This document shows positions 55,173 to 64,000 of a stretch of 64,000 bases of DNA, in pieces; the first letter of the stretch is position 1; each line of letters starts with the position of its first letter. A model generated the notes under the pieces. It was not told where the DNA came from. It saw only the letters and a program-made list of their open reading frames with translations, and searched no databases. The stretch comes from Nitrosarchaeum sp. Lineage in GTDB: Archaea > Thermoproteota > Nitrososphaeria > Nitrososphaerales > Nitrosopumilaceae. The stretch covers positions 3,339 to 67,338 of the forward strand of contig JAIOOR010000020.1 in NCBI GenBank assembly GCA_021414365.1, given 5' to 3'. Both the position numbers and the translations under genes were made by a program.

Positions 55173-57266
55173 TTATGTTCTAACCCTTTGAAATTTTGTA
55201 AAATCTGATTTTGTAACAACATTTTGATACTGTCGTATTCTTTCTGCAATTAATCTGTATAATGATCTAAATTGGTCTTTGGTTTTATCTGATAAAAAGT
55301 CTGTCTCATTGAGGGTAATTTTTTCACAAATATATCGCGTGATCTCTTCATTATCAAACTGACCCCAATCCTCATCTTTGTGTTCTTCCCAAATTTTCTT
55401 TAAATTGTCCAAAACCCCTCTCTTCTCTCTTGAAGCAACCTCTTGGGATGTCAAATTTGAATAGCCTTCTTTTCTTAATCTGATTTCATATGTTTGATTA
55501 ACTGCATGAAGGTAATCATCTAAAACCATATAGTCTTCAATCGACTCTAAATTTTTTCCATCCCTCTCAAAAAATATTGTCTGAATTGGTGAAAATTCAT
55601 TTGACACTAGTTGGGCTGAAATTTGTTTGGATTCATCCGAATTATCTAATAAAATAAATGTCTTGTATCCATGATTCCTGTAAAAAATTGCTAGAGGTAA
55701 TACTGAATTTTTATTGTATGCAGCTACAACATTTAGTGGATTCATTGAAATGTTTGGATCCTGAAGAAATTTATCAAAAGCATTTAGATACATTGCATCT
55801 GACATTGTTTCTACAATTATTACTGGTCTTGAGTTAGTTCCAATTTCCCTGTCTACGATTGATTCAACCAAACCTCTTGATAGGCCATATAGTATGGGAG
55901 TCAGTGTTTTATCATCTGCGTTCCAGTAATCATAAAAAATTTTACTAAGGTGTTTTCTTTTGTCTAATTCTACCACTAGCAGATTCCCTGGAGTATAATC
56001 AAAAATCATGAATGGTGAATGAGTAGCATACAAAACTTGGTTTGATCCTGCCAAGCCTTTGAGTAGATCTGAAATTCCTCTTTGCTGTGTAGGATGAAGA
56101 TTTCTTGCCGGTTCATCAAGAAGTAGAATTGCTTCTTTTAATTCTGCTCTGTGTGTCTCTGCTGCAAAGTTTACAATAAAAGAAAATGTCCATTTGAAAC
56201 CTTCCGCTCTTCTATTTAGCAAACCTGTATTTGTTACAGTTCCATCACGATGAACATCAGAAATTACAACACTCATAATGTTTCCTGGATTATACCTCAA
56301 ATCAACATGAATTGGATCTCCTTTCCATGCTGGATTTAATTTCTTTGTTAACCTATTACTTGCAGTATTGAGAAGTTTGATGCATTTTGATGGTGTTCCT
56401 TTTACTTCATCTAATAATTTAATGTCTAATTCTGCTAAGTAAAACAGATTTCTTACTGTTTCTGCTTTGTCAAATTCTTCTACAAATTCTATGGAACCTA
56501 ATCTTTCTCCTTTCTCTTCTCTGAGATATTCATTTAAGTTGATATTGCCATAGATCTTTTTGTAATCTGAAAAATATACAAAACGAGGATGTAAATCTGA
56601 TGCAATATAATTGTCTAAAGCCAATTTTTCACTCTCTCCGCTAAGAAGTTTAGAAAACTGATTTTCAGGATTTTCATAGATTTTTTCCCATTCTTCAATA
56701 ACTCTTGGTTCTTGTATGGCTATTACATGAAATTGATTGCTAAATTCAGCCATTCCACTATCAAACATTTCTTGATTTTTTGGAGGAGGACCTTCAAAAA
56801 ATCTAGTGTCAATTTGAATTCTAAGATGATTAGGTATAGTGTCTAAAAAATTTAAAATTTGTTTTGAAAAATTTTCCCAAGAATTTAATTCTTTATTTGT
56901 TTCTTCACTTATCTGAATATCTTCAAATTCATACTGTACTTTTTGTTTTTTATTCGTTCTGTATAATTTTATTTTCTTTATTTCCGGTAAGCCCGGAAAT
57001 AATTGTCTGAGCAATTGAATTTCATTTTGGCTTAATTCAAATTCTCCTTCTACTAACCTAATTTCTCCTTTGAGCTCTTCTGATAGTTCGTCACAAAGAT
57101 CCAATTCTGAAACCCTTTCATCTCTATTCAATAATGTTAATGCTTGCAGAATTGTTGTTTTCCCACTCTCGTTTCTCCCTACAAAAGCTGCTAGATCTCC
57201 AACTGTAATTTCCCCAGAGTCATGAATGCAACGATATGCTCTCACCCTAAATTTTCTAAGTCGCAT
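55173..57266 (-). CDS. OLD-family ATP-dependent nuclease-like protein (ABC-type ATPase + C-terminal Toprim-like domain)
   Basis: Walker A GRNESGKTT, signature-like RRAEGFKWTFSF, Walker B ILLLDEPARNLHP. Toprim-like PVIIVETMSD and FILLDNSDES lie in the C-terminal third. Confidence 0.7.
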   Translation of the reverse strand: MRLRKFRVRAYRCIHDSGEITVGDLAAFVGRNESGKTTILQALTLLNRDERVSELDLCDELSEELKGEIRLVEGEFELSQNEIQLLRQLFPGLPEIKKIKLYRTNKKQKVQYEFEDIQISEETNKELNSWENFSKQILNFLDTIPNHLRIQIDTRFFEGPPPKNQEMFDSGMAEFSNQFHVIAIQEPRVIEEWEKIYENPENQFSKLLSGESEKLALDNYIASDLHPRFVYFSDYKKIYGNINLNEYLREEKGERLGSIEFVEEFDKAETVRNLFYLAELDIKLLDEVKGTPSKCIKLLNTASNRLTKKLNPAWKGDPIHVDLRYNPGNIMSVVISDVHRDGTVTNTGLLNRRAEGFKWTFSFIVNFAAETHRAELKEAILLLDEPARNLHPTQQRGISDLLKGLAGSNQVLYATHSPFMIFDYTPGNLLVVELDKRKHLSKIFYDYWNADDKTLTPILYGLSRGLVESIVDREIGTNSRPVIIVETMSDAMYLNAFDKFLQDPNISMNPLNVVAAYNKNSVLPLAIFYRNHGYKTFILLDNSDESKQISAQLVSNEFSPIQTIFFERDGKNLESIEDYMVLDDYLHAVNQTYEIRLRKEGYSNLTSQEVASREKRGVLDNLKKIWEEHKDEDWGQFDNEEITRYICEKITLNETDFLSDKTKDQFRSLYRLIAERIRQYQNVVTKSDFTKFQRVRT

Positions 57267-57370
57267 CTAGCAATATTTAGTCGGCTCCGATTTAACTCAT
57301 TCGTCAAATTCATCCCAACGTTGGAATTTTTGCTAAATAGATATAAGGGAATTACAAGTGAAAAAACGAA

Positions 57371-57832
57371 TTGGCAACTAGATTAGCATACGTTGTATTT
57401 ATTTTACCGATTTTACTTTCAATTGCTTTTGGTTCTATAGTTATGGCTGATGTTCTAAAATCTCCTGACAGAGAGCTAAACATGTGGCCAATAAACTCTG
57501 AAAATATATCAACTCATGATAAATCAATTACAATAATTGGATTAGAAAAACAATATTCCACTTCCTCACCTATTGAAATACAGGTGAAGGTAAATGACTC
57601 TTTTTATGATTGCGGAGATCTTTATGTGACAATTAATTCTGGAAAAGACACTGTAATTTCTCAAAATGGCTTTTTTAAACAATGTTTTGTCGAAAATAAC
57701 TCCCTTTTACCCGTTGATGATAGATTTTCTGAAATTATTGATACTCCAGGCCAATATGAAATAGTCGTGAAAATTAACGATCAAAATCAAAAGAGTAGTA
57801 TAACTGATAGCGGAAAATTTACTATTAAATAG
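57371..57832 (+). CDS. small secreted hypothetical protein
   Basis: TTG start and a signal-anchor-like helix. Confidence 0.45.
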   Translation: MATRLAYVVFILPILLSIAFGSIVMADVLKSPDRELNMWPINSENISTHDKSITIIGLEKQYSTSSPIEIQVKVNDSFYDCGDLYVTINSGKDTVISQNGFFKQCFVENNSLLPVDDRFSEIIDTPGQYEIVVKINDQNQKSSITDSGKFTIK

Positions 57833-57882
57833 GAATGAAATATTGTATGATTAGGAGTTATATTAAAAATTAAGGTGATTTG

Positions 57883-58458
57883 ATGGCAAAGAAAAAAGAA
57901 GATCTTTCTGATGATACAGCAAAAAAAGTAGCACCTAAAGAAAAGATTCCAGCAAAAAAAGTAGCACCTAAAGAAAAGAAACTAACCAAAAAAGAACTAG
58001 AAGAAATCAAAAAAGAAGCTGAAAAAACATTAGAAGAAGAGTTAGAAGAGCAATTAACTGATGAGGAAATTGAAAATTTCCAAATTGAAAAAGTTGACAT
58101 GGAACGACTTACAAATAAAATATGTGACGTTTTAGCTGAACGAGAATCTGAAGGAATGTTTCAAAGTGAATTGTGGAAAAAACTTAAACTCACAAGTAGA
58201 GATGGCTCACGACTTGCATTAAAATTAGAAAGAATGGGAACCATTTATCGAGAAAAACTTCTTGATAAAGGTAGATGGACGTATAAATTAATTCTTAAGA
58301 AGACTCCAATTAGCACTCTGTCAATAGAGAATGCACCTTGTCTTGTTTGTCCTGTAGAGCAAAAGTGTTCTCTTGAAGGAGAAATAAGTCCACGTACTTG
58401 TCAATTTATTGAAGATTGGGTGCTTGCAGATATGAAAAAACCAGCGAAAGCCAAATGA
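57883..58458 (+). CDS. TFE-beta / RNA polymerase III RPC34-like factor (winged helix + 4-Cys Fe-S motif)
   Basis: C-terminus APCLVCPVEQKCSLEGEISPRTCQFIEDWV closely matches the RPC34/hRPC39 cluster motif (PCxxCPxxxxCxxxGxIsPxxCxYxxxW). A central wH is present. The ATG at 57883 is preceded by AAGGTGA. Confidence 0.7.
   Translation: MAKKKEDLSDDTAKKVAPKEKIPAKKVAPKEKKLTKKELEEIKKEAEKTLEEELEEQLTDEEIENFQIEKVDMERLTNKICDVLAERESEGMFQSELWKKLKLTSRDGSRLALKLERMGTIYREKLLDKGRWTYKLILKKTPISTLSIENAPCLVCPVEQKCSLEGEISPRTCQFIEDWVLADMKKPAKAK
57918..57979 (+). repeat. in-frame 29-bp perfect direct repeat (period 33 nt) encoding AKKVAPKEK
   Basis: agcaaaaaaagtagcacctaaagaaaaga occurs at 57918-57946 and 57951-57979. 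Confidence 0.9.
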
Positions 58459-59048
58459 AACTATTAGATGCACGACGAGATCAATATAGAAAATTAGCTC
58501 ATGAACAAGGATTTCGGAGCAGAGCCGCATACAAACTCAAACAACTAAATCAATCTTACCGTATTATTGGACCTGGATTTTATGTTCTTGATTTAGGCTG
58601 TGCTCCTGGAGGCTGGACCCAAATGGCTGTAAAGTTAGTAGGCAACAAAGGCAAGGTTGTCGGAGTTGATACTTCATACGTAGAAGAAATTCCTGGTGCT
58701 CATATTATAAGAGAAAATATTGAAAATGAATTTTTAGTTGATGAAATTCTATCTTATTTTGAAAGAAAAGTTAATGCAGTAATATGTGATCTCTCACCAC
58801 AAATTACTGGAAACTGGTCTGTTGATCATGCAATACAAATTTCATTAAATTATGAATGCTCAAAAATAATGGACAAAGTATTGATGCATAAAGGAAATGC
58901 AATTTTCAAAGTCTTTGATGGGGAATATTCTATGGAGTTTAGAGATTATATTAAAAAGAAATTTTCAAGAATAAATCTTACAAAACCTGAAGCAAGCAGA
59001 AAACAAAGCAGTGAATTATACTATGTCTGCTTGGGATTTACTGGCTGA
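58455..59048 (+). CDS. rrmJ: rRNA 2'-O-methyltransferase RrmJ/FtsJ
   Basis: FRSRAAYKL.QLN, SAM motif VLDLGCAPGGW, DLSP. The ATG overlaps the upstream TGA (ATGA). Confidence 0.85.
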   Translation: MKLLDARRDQYRKLAHEQGFRSRAAYKLKQLNQSYRIIGPGFYVLDLGCAPGGWTQMAVKLVGNKGKVVGVDTSYVEEIPGAHIIRENIENEFLVDEILSYFERKVNAVICDLSPQITGNWSVDHAIQISLNYECSKIMDKVLMHKGNAIFKVFDGEYSMEFRDYIKKKFSRINLTKPEASRKQSSELYYVCLGFTG

Positions 59049-60187
59049 CCTGAGAAAACTTCAATTATTTCATTTATGTTTGCATTTGTTCTAAAACCTG
59101 TAGGACAAAAAGATGTAGGGCTAGCCAAATATCCATTATTCTGTAAATTTTTTATTGCGTCTTCTAATTTCGGGGGAGATGATTTCATCTTTGATGCAAT
59201 TTCATCTAATGTAAAGTAAATTCCAGGCATTTCAGATTCTTTTAGACATTTTTGTAATGTTTTTTCACATACTTTGTCTACTGATAACTCTGGTATTTCT
59301 AAAATCATATTTTCTACAAATTCTTTGTTAAAAATTTTATCGATCCATAATGGTCCCCCCACACTTAGTTTTGATTTACATAACTCACATTCATTATTTT
59401 GTTCAAGTGATATCTTTCGATGACTACAATTTTTACAATGTAAGATATAGCCGATATTTTCTTTTTGATCCTGTCGAATAAGAACTCGAACATATGTTCT
59501 GTAATAATGCATATTGCTTTCTGCAAATAGTGGAACAATTTCCACCCCTAATCTCCCTGCAACCATTCTAAGACATCCAAGAATTAACCTAATGGCCATC
59601 TCATTTCCATATTCGACTCTTATTGGAATTCCTCCATACTTTCTTTTACATGCATTTTGATAGAGTCCATTTAACACTTGAAGATCTGTGGCTGTTGTCG
59701 AAAGAATTCCACCATGCATGGTAGCCCTAATCCCACAATCAAAAAACTGTGATGGCGAACCGAATGGATCAATATCTATGATTGAACCTCTTTCATCCTT
59801 TTTGGAATATCTGCTAAAAAATCTACATACTTCTAGTTCTGAATATTCTATATTTTTTAAATTGTTTAATTGTGCTGAATATTCTGCCAATTTTAACGCA
59901 GTTGGATTTAGATCATTAATTATCACCTTGTCTACTTGTAATTCATTTGCAACTCGTAATCCTCTAACTCCAACACCTGATAATCCCTCCAAAAATATTT
60001 TAGGTCCTGGAAATTTTTTCAGAAATGAATTGTATGCGATTATTGAATAATCTCTACTCACTCTTGCTTTTGGATTAAAAAATGCTGGTTCTTTTGGTGG
60101 AACTTTATCTGTAATTGATTTTTTTGGAACCAATACTTTGGTTTTACCTTCTATGATTTCCTCTAATGTCTCATTTGGAATTTCCAA
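59021..60187 (-). CDS. trm1: tRNA (guanine26-N2)-dimethyltransferase
   Basis: FFNPKARVSRD, GLSGVGVRG, DIDPFGSP, and the zinc cluster CKNCSH...CELC. Confidence 0.88.
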   Translation of the reverse strand: MEIPNETLEEIIEGKTKVLVPKKSITDKVPPKEPAFFNPKARVSRDYSIIAYNSFLKKFPGPKIFLEGLSGVGVRGLRVANELQVDKVIINDLNPTALKLAEYSAQLNNLKNIEYSELEVCRFFSRYSKKDERGSIIDIDPFGSPSQFFDCGIRATMHGGILSTTATDLQVLNGLYQNACKRKYGGIPIRVEYGNEMAIRLILGCLRMVAGRLGVEIVPLFAESNMHYYRTYVRVLIRQDQKENIGYILHCKNCSHRKISLEQNNECELCKSKLSVGGPLWIDKIFNKEFVENMILEIPELSVDKVCEKTLQKCLKESEMPGIYFTLDEIASKMKSSPPKLEDAIKNLQNNGYLASPTSFCPTGFRTNANINEIIEVFSGQPVNPKQT

Positions 60188-60227
60188 TTATTTTTCTGTA
60201 ATTACTTAACCTATAATGGTTTAATAC

Positions 60228-60875
60228 ATGTGTTCAAAGATAAAATCCGTGCAAATTTGTGGAGTGGATGACGCTGGACGTGGTTCTATGCTTGGACCTC
60301 TGGTTATTGCTGGAATCTCTTTGAAAAAATCTAATATCTCTAAATTATCTTTGTTGGGTGTAAAAGATTCAAAACAATTATCTCCCAAGTCACGAGAAAA
60401 TCTTTATAAAAAAATAATTACTTTAGTGGATGACTACTACGTAGCAAAAATTTCTCCAAAATTAATTGATGCGAGTGTTGATAAACACAATCTTAATCAT
60501 CTAGAAGCTAAATACATGGCAAAAGTTATCCTGAAATTAAATCCTGATACATCATATGTTGATTCATGTGATGTTAATCCCAAAAGATTTGGAAAAGAAA
60601 TTTCAAAATTATCAAACAACAAGAAAATTCAATCTTATCATCATGCAGATAGTAGATTTGTTGTAGTTTCTGCCGCATCTATAATTGCAAAAGTTACTAG
60701 AGATAGGGAAATAGAAAAACTCAGAAAAAATTATGATTTAGGAAGTGGTTATCCATCTGATTCTAAAACCGTAGATTTTGTTAAATCATATTATATCGCT
60801 AACCACGTATTTCCAATTTTTGTGCGTAAAAGCTGGAAACCTACACAAAAAATACTAAATGCTAAATTATTTTAG
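60228..60875 (+). CDS. rnhB: ribonuclease HII
   Basis: CGVDDAGRGSMLGPLV, DSK.L, VDSCD and ASIIAK. Confidence 0.9.
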   Translation: MCSKIKSVQICGVDDAGRGSMLGPLVIAGISLKKSNISKLSLLGVKDSKQLSPKSRENLYKKIITLVDDYYVAKISPKLIDASVDKHNLNHLEAKYMAKVILKLNPDTSYVDSCDVNPKRFGKEISKLSNNKKIQSYHHADSRFVVVSAASIIAKVTRDREIEKLRKNYDLGSGYPSDSKTVDFVKSYYIANHVFPIFVRKSWKPTQKILNAKLF

Positions 60876-61541
60876 AAATTTTGCAATTACCATTGCGTGA
60901 TCTTTATCATATGGATGAAGATCTATTACTTGTAATATTTCAAAATATTTTTCCATTTTTTCTATCTCTTCATCTACTATTCTTCTTGGAGACTTTGTAA
61001 CATCTATACTTCTTGTTTTAATTACTAAAAAGAAATACCCTTCTTTCTTGAGATACATTTTGCAATTTTCTATTGCGATATCTGTCTGATCAGGCTGTGC
61101 AATGTCTACATATACTACGTCAACTTTACCAAATACTGAAAAATAGTCCTTTGGTTTTCTTGCATCTTGCAAAATCGGAATTATATTTTTTCTATGTGAT
61201 GCAACTCTGTCTAAAAAATCTCTAGCTACTCTACTTGCATGCTCTACCCCAAAAATCAATCCTGTCGGTCCAACTATGTCTGAAATATGACTAACAGTTG
61301 TACCAGTTGATACACCAAGATATAATACAGTTGATTTATTTTTAAATGGAAATATTTTCAAGCCATTCATTATTGCTGCAGCTAATTTACTTCTAAATGG
61401 ATCCCATAATCTGTATTCTATTCCTTTTTTTATAATTAATTTCTCATGGTATACCTGATTTCCTACAACTAAATTTTCAGTGGCTAGCTTTTTTTCACCA
61501 TCTGAGTTTATCCAAAAAAATTCATAATTACCTTCGTTCAA
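60867..61541 (-). CDS. flpA: fibrillarin (box C/D rRNA/tRNA 2'-O-methyltransferase)
   Basis: YRLWDPFRSKLAAAI, LYLGVSTGTTVSH, DIAQP and KDH. The start is uncertain. The TTG at 61541 gives a normal-length N-terminus (MNEGNYEFFW...). The alternative ATG is at 61619. The track start at 61820 is rejected. Confidence 0.85.
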   Translation of the reverse strand: MNEGNYEFFWINSDGEKKLATENLVVGNQVYHEKLIIKKGIEYRLWDPFRSKLAAAIMNGLKIFPFKNKSTVLYLGVSTGTTVSHISDIVGPTGLIFGVEHASRVARDFLDRVASHRKNIIPILQDARKPKDYFSVFGKVDVVYVDIAQPDQTDIAIENCKMYLKKEGYFFLVIKTRSIDVTKSPRRIVDEEIEKMEKYFEILQVIDLHPYDKDHAMVIAKFLK

Positions 61542-62904
61542 ACTTCGTTCTCTTTTTGTTTTTATTTGATTTGGAATCTGTTCTCTCTCTGTAGTTCTTA
61601 TTTTCTCTTCTCGAGTCATTACTTTCCCTTCTCCTAACTTCTCCACCTGTTCTTCTTTCTCCACCCTCTCTTCTAGAATCAGAACCTTCTCTTCTTCTGA
61701 AGTCTCCACCTGTTCTTCTTTCTCCACCCTCTCTTCTAGAATCTCTATCATCACGTCTGAACAACTCTGGTTTTCTTGTTTCTTTTTCAGTAGGATTTTC
61801 GTATTTTTTACTAATTTCATTTACTCTAACATTTAGTTTTTCAAGCAAAGTTTTGTTGATGCCTTCACCATACACATCAACTCTTGCAGCTATGACTGCC
61901 TTTGCAGCAATGGCTCTTGCAATCTTTCCTCTTTGCCATCTAGGAGCAGCATGAACCAATGCATGTTGAAATAATAATCCATGTTTTGGTGGTTGAGCCC
62001 CTGTCTTTAAGGATCTAAACAATGCTTTTTCTGCACCAATAATTTGTATAGTACTTGCAGGCATTGATGCTAATTTTTTTAGACTTCCAGCCCTTCCTAA
62101 TATTCTTGCACCTACCGCAGCTCCAAGAATAGCTGAAAGGTTTGGTGCAACAACTGCCATTTCTGATTCGACATGAGCCTCTAATTTTTTTCGTAAATCA
62201 TGAAAATCCAAAATTTGTTTTGCAATTGATTGAACAATTGATAAATTGACATCTGAAATATCCCCTCCTCTGCTTTTTGATGCAAGTAAAGATATCATAT
62301 CTGCTTTTGAATCCGGAAATCCTGCATCTTCATACACTTTTTTTGTTAAAGACTCTCGCTTTCCTGCCAAAACGATTTGTGCATAACCATTAATGCTATC
62401 TATTATGTTGTCCAGTTCTGGAAAATGTAAACCATACCACTCTCGCAATCTTGAGCTGAGTCCGTTTGCAATTTTATCAATTTCATCTAATGAATTTATT
62501 GCCTGAATAATATGTAAGTCTGGACTCTCTGAAACTTCAGTTACTTTTGATGATGATAACCCCATTGCAAATTCTCTTAATTTTGATAATGCGTCAGATA
62601 CGTTTTCTGCAAATCCTGAATCAACAATTATTTGAGGTTTTGTTGCTTGAATTTTTTCTAATTCCTCCTCTTCCATCATTTGTGCATCTATGGAACTTTT
62701 TTTCAACAACGTCATCAATGATTCATCACTTACCGTTATTCCTCTTTGAAGTGGGCCAAGATAATCTACAAGTTCTCTTAATTTTGATTCCCTTTTTTTA
62801 ACCGAGAGATAATCTCTAACTGAATCTTTGAAAGGAAATGTTTTTTCAAGTTTTTCATCTTTGAAAACCACGATTCCAAATTCTGTTAATATTACAGAAT
62901 ACAT
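61528..62904 (-). CDS. nop5: Nop56/58 (Nop5) box C/D snoRNP protein with an R/G/E-rich repetitive tail
   Basis: NOSIC/Nop domain (AP.L...G...A.L...AGSL..LA..PAST.Q..GAEKALFR....PKHG). The C-terminus carries a duplicated DSRREGGERRTGG. Confidence 0.9.
   Translation of the reverse strand: MYSVILTEFGIVVFKDEKLEKTFPFKDSVRDYLSVKKRESKLRELVDYLGPLQRGITVSDESLMTLLKKSSIDAQMMEEEELEKIQATKPQIIVDSGFAENVSDALSKLREFAMGLSSSKVTEVSESPDLHIIQAINSLDEIDKIANGLSSRLREWYGLHFPELDNIIDSINGYAQIVLAGKRESLTKKVYEDAGFPDSKADMISLLASKSRGGDISDVNLSIVQSIAKQILDFHDLRKKLEAHVESEMAVVAPNLSAILGAAVGARILGRAGSLKKLASMPASTIQIIGAEKALFRSLKTGAQPPKHGLLFQHALVHAAPRWQRGKIARAIAAKAVIAARVDVYGEGINKTLLEKLNVRVNEISKKYENPTEKETRKPELFRRDDRDSRREGGERRTGGDFRRREGSDSRREGGERRTGGEVRRRESNDSRRENKNYRERTDSKSNKNKKRTKFERR
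61640..61743 (-). repeat. in-frame 41-bp perfect direct repeat (period 63 nt) in the nop5 tail
   Basis: tctccacctgttcttctttctccaccctctcttctagaatc occurs at 61640-61680 and 61703-61743 (plus-strand text). Confidence 0.9.
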
Positions 62905-62980
62905 GACTAGTTAATTTTAGGTCTCCTTTTAAAAAGGTACTAGAATCCCTGTAAATCAACTATTATATTCGAAACCTCGT

Positions 62981-63904
62981 ATGAAATTCAAAGTGGAACC
63001 CAGCCTGGTTACGTCTATTGGAAAAATTCAACTAGAAAGACCTGTAATGCTGGCGTCAGGCATATTAGGTATTTCATTAGATGTTTTTAATCGACTTTAT
63101 CGTTCAGGCGCAGGTGCAGTTGTAAGTAAATCACTAAGTACAGAACCATGGGATGGATATCCAAACCCTACAATTTTTAGTGTAAATGGAGGTGGATGGA
63201 TTAACGCAGTAGGTTTATCCAATCCTGGGGCTCCAAATTTTGCAAAAATGATCGAATCTAACAAAACTGTTCCAATAATTGTCAGTCTAGTTGGCTCTGT
63301 TTCTGAAGACTTTGAAATGATGGTTAATCAATTCAAAAATTGCAAAGTTATTGCATACGAGTTGAATTTATCGTGTCCTCATGTTGCTAAAGTGGGACTA
63401 GAAGTAGGTGATGATCCTGAGCTAGTCAAAAAAATTGTCAGTACTGTGAAAAACTCTACCAATGTACCAGTAATAGCAAAAGTAGGATTGGGAACAACTC
63501 ATTACCTTAACACCATCAAGGCAGCAATTGATTCTGGAATTGATGCCATCACTGCAATTAACACGGTTAGGGCAATGGCAATTGATGTTGAAACTCAAAG
63601 ACCTATTTTGAGTAATAAATTCGGTGGATTATCTGGTACTCCAATCAAACCAATTGCATTGAGATGTGTTTATGAAATTTCTTCAAAATATGATATTCCT
63701 ATAATTGGCTGTGGAGGAATATCTACATGGGAAGATGCAGTTGAATTTATTTTGGCAGGATCCTCTGCAATTCAATTAGGAAGTGCAATTGGTGATAATT
63801 GGATACATGTTTTTAATGATATTAATCACGGAATCATTCAATACATGAAAAGAAAAGGATATTCTAAAATTGATGAGATGGTAGGACTTGCAAAGAAATT
63901 ATAA
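62981..63904 (+). CDS. pyrD: dihydroorotate dehydrogenase, catalytic subunit (class 1B-like)
   Basis: NAVGLSNPG, ELNLSCPH, AKV....., GGLSG..IKP, GCGGI. Confidence 0.9.
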   Translation: MKFKVEPSLVTSIGKIQLERPVMLASGILGISLDVFNRLYRSGAGAVVSKSLSTEPWDGYPNPTIFSVNGGGWINAVGLSNPGAPNFAKMIESNKTVPIIVSLVGSVSEDFEMMVNQFKNCKVIAYELNLSCPHVAKVGLEVGDDPELVKKIVSTVKNSTNVPVIAKVGLGTTHYLNTIKAAIDSGIDAITAINTVRAMAIDVETQRPILSNKFGGLSGTPIKPIALRCVYEISSKYDIPIIGCGGISTWEDAVEFILAGSSAIQLGSAIGDNWIHVFNDINHGIIQYMKRKGYSKIDEMVGLAKKL

Positions 63905-64000
63905 TCATACAAAAATCTGTATTGTTGAAAAAATAATCGATGAAACACCTACTGTTAGAACTCTTGTTTTTTCTGATGATGTGATGTCATCTGCTCTTCC
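63888..64000 (+). CDS. pyrK: probable N-terminal fragment of the dihydroorotate dehydrogenase electron-transfer subunit (runs off the window)
   Basis: The TTG at 63888 is the first start after the in-frame stop at 63882-63884. ...IVEKIIDETPTVRTLVFS resembles PyrK N-termini, and the position after pyrD fits. Confidence 0.4.
   Translation, partial: MQRNYNHTKICIVEKIIDETPTVRTLVFSDDVMSSAL

Noticed and set aside
60867-61820. The 317-aa fibrillarin ORF from the track, with an MKLVKNTK... N-terminus.
   Set aside because: The first roughly 67-93 residues are the alternate frame of the nop5 C-terminal repeat and overlap nop5 by up to 293 nt. The conserved fibrillarin core starts near residue 99.

Overview
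AT-rich, gene-dense archaeal chromosome segment. The gene content looks like an ammonia-oxidising thaumarchaeon (Nitrosopumilus-like): topoisomerase VI, an archaeal histone, Nop5/fibrillarin, a TFE-beta/RPC34-like factor, a plastocyanin-like cupredoxin, PdxST, RtcB, aIF2-beta and Cgi121. This taxon call is inference from gene content only. About 85 percent of the window is coding, and most of it is housekeeping: aminoacyl-tRNA synthetases (Trp, Phe alpha/beta, Val), purine and pyrimidine genes (purA, purB, pyrF, pyrD, apt, MTAP), aconitase, and RNA-modification and ribosome-biogenesis genes. I identified three tRNAs by hand folding: Trp(CCA) with two introns, Thr(CGU) and Cys(GCA). One GC-rich intergenic patch folds like a double-hairpin H/ACA guide RNA. 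Two solitary defence-type genes stand out: an AIPR-family abortive-infection protein in a roughly 4-kb stretch between two tRNAs, and an OLD-family ATPase-Toprim nuclease. Other items worth a second look are a ubiquitin-like(GG)-Cgi121 fusion, a nuclease-like domain fused to PTPS, several small ORFs missing from the ORF track (one RHH, two zinc ribbons), and in-frame coding repeats. I saw no rRNA, CRISPR array, transposase or integrase. All functional calls rest on motif recognition by eye and no database search was run.
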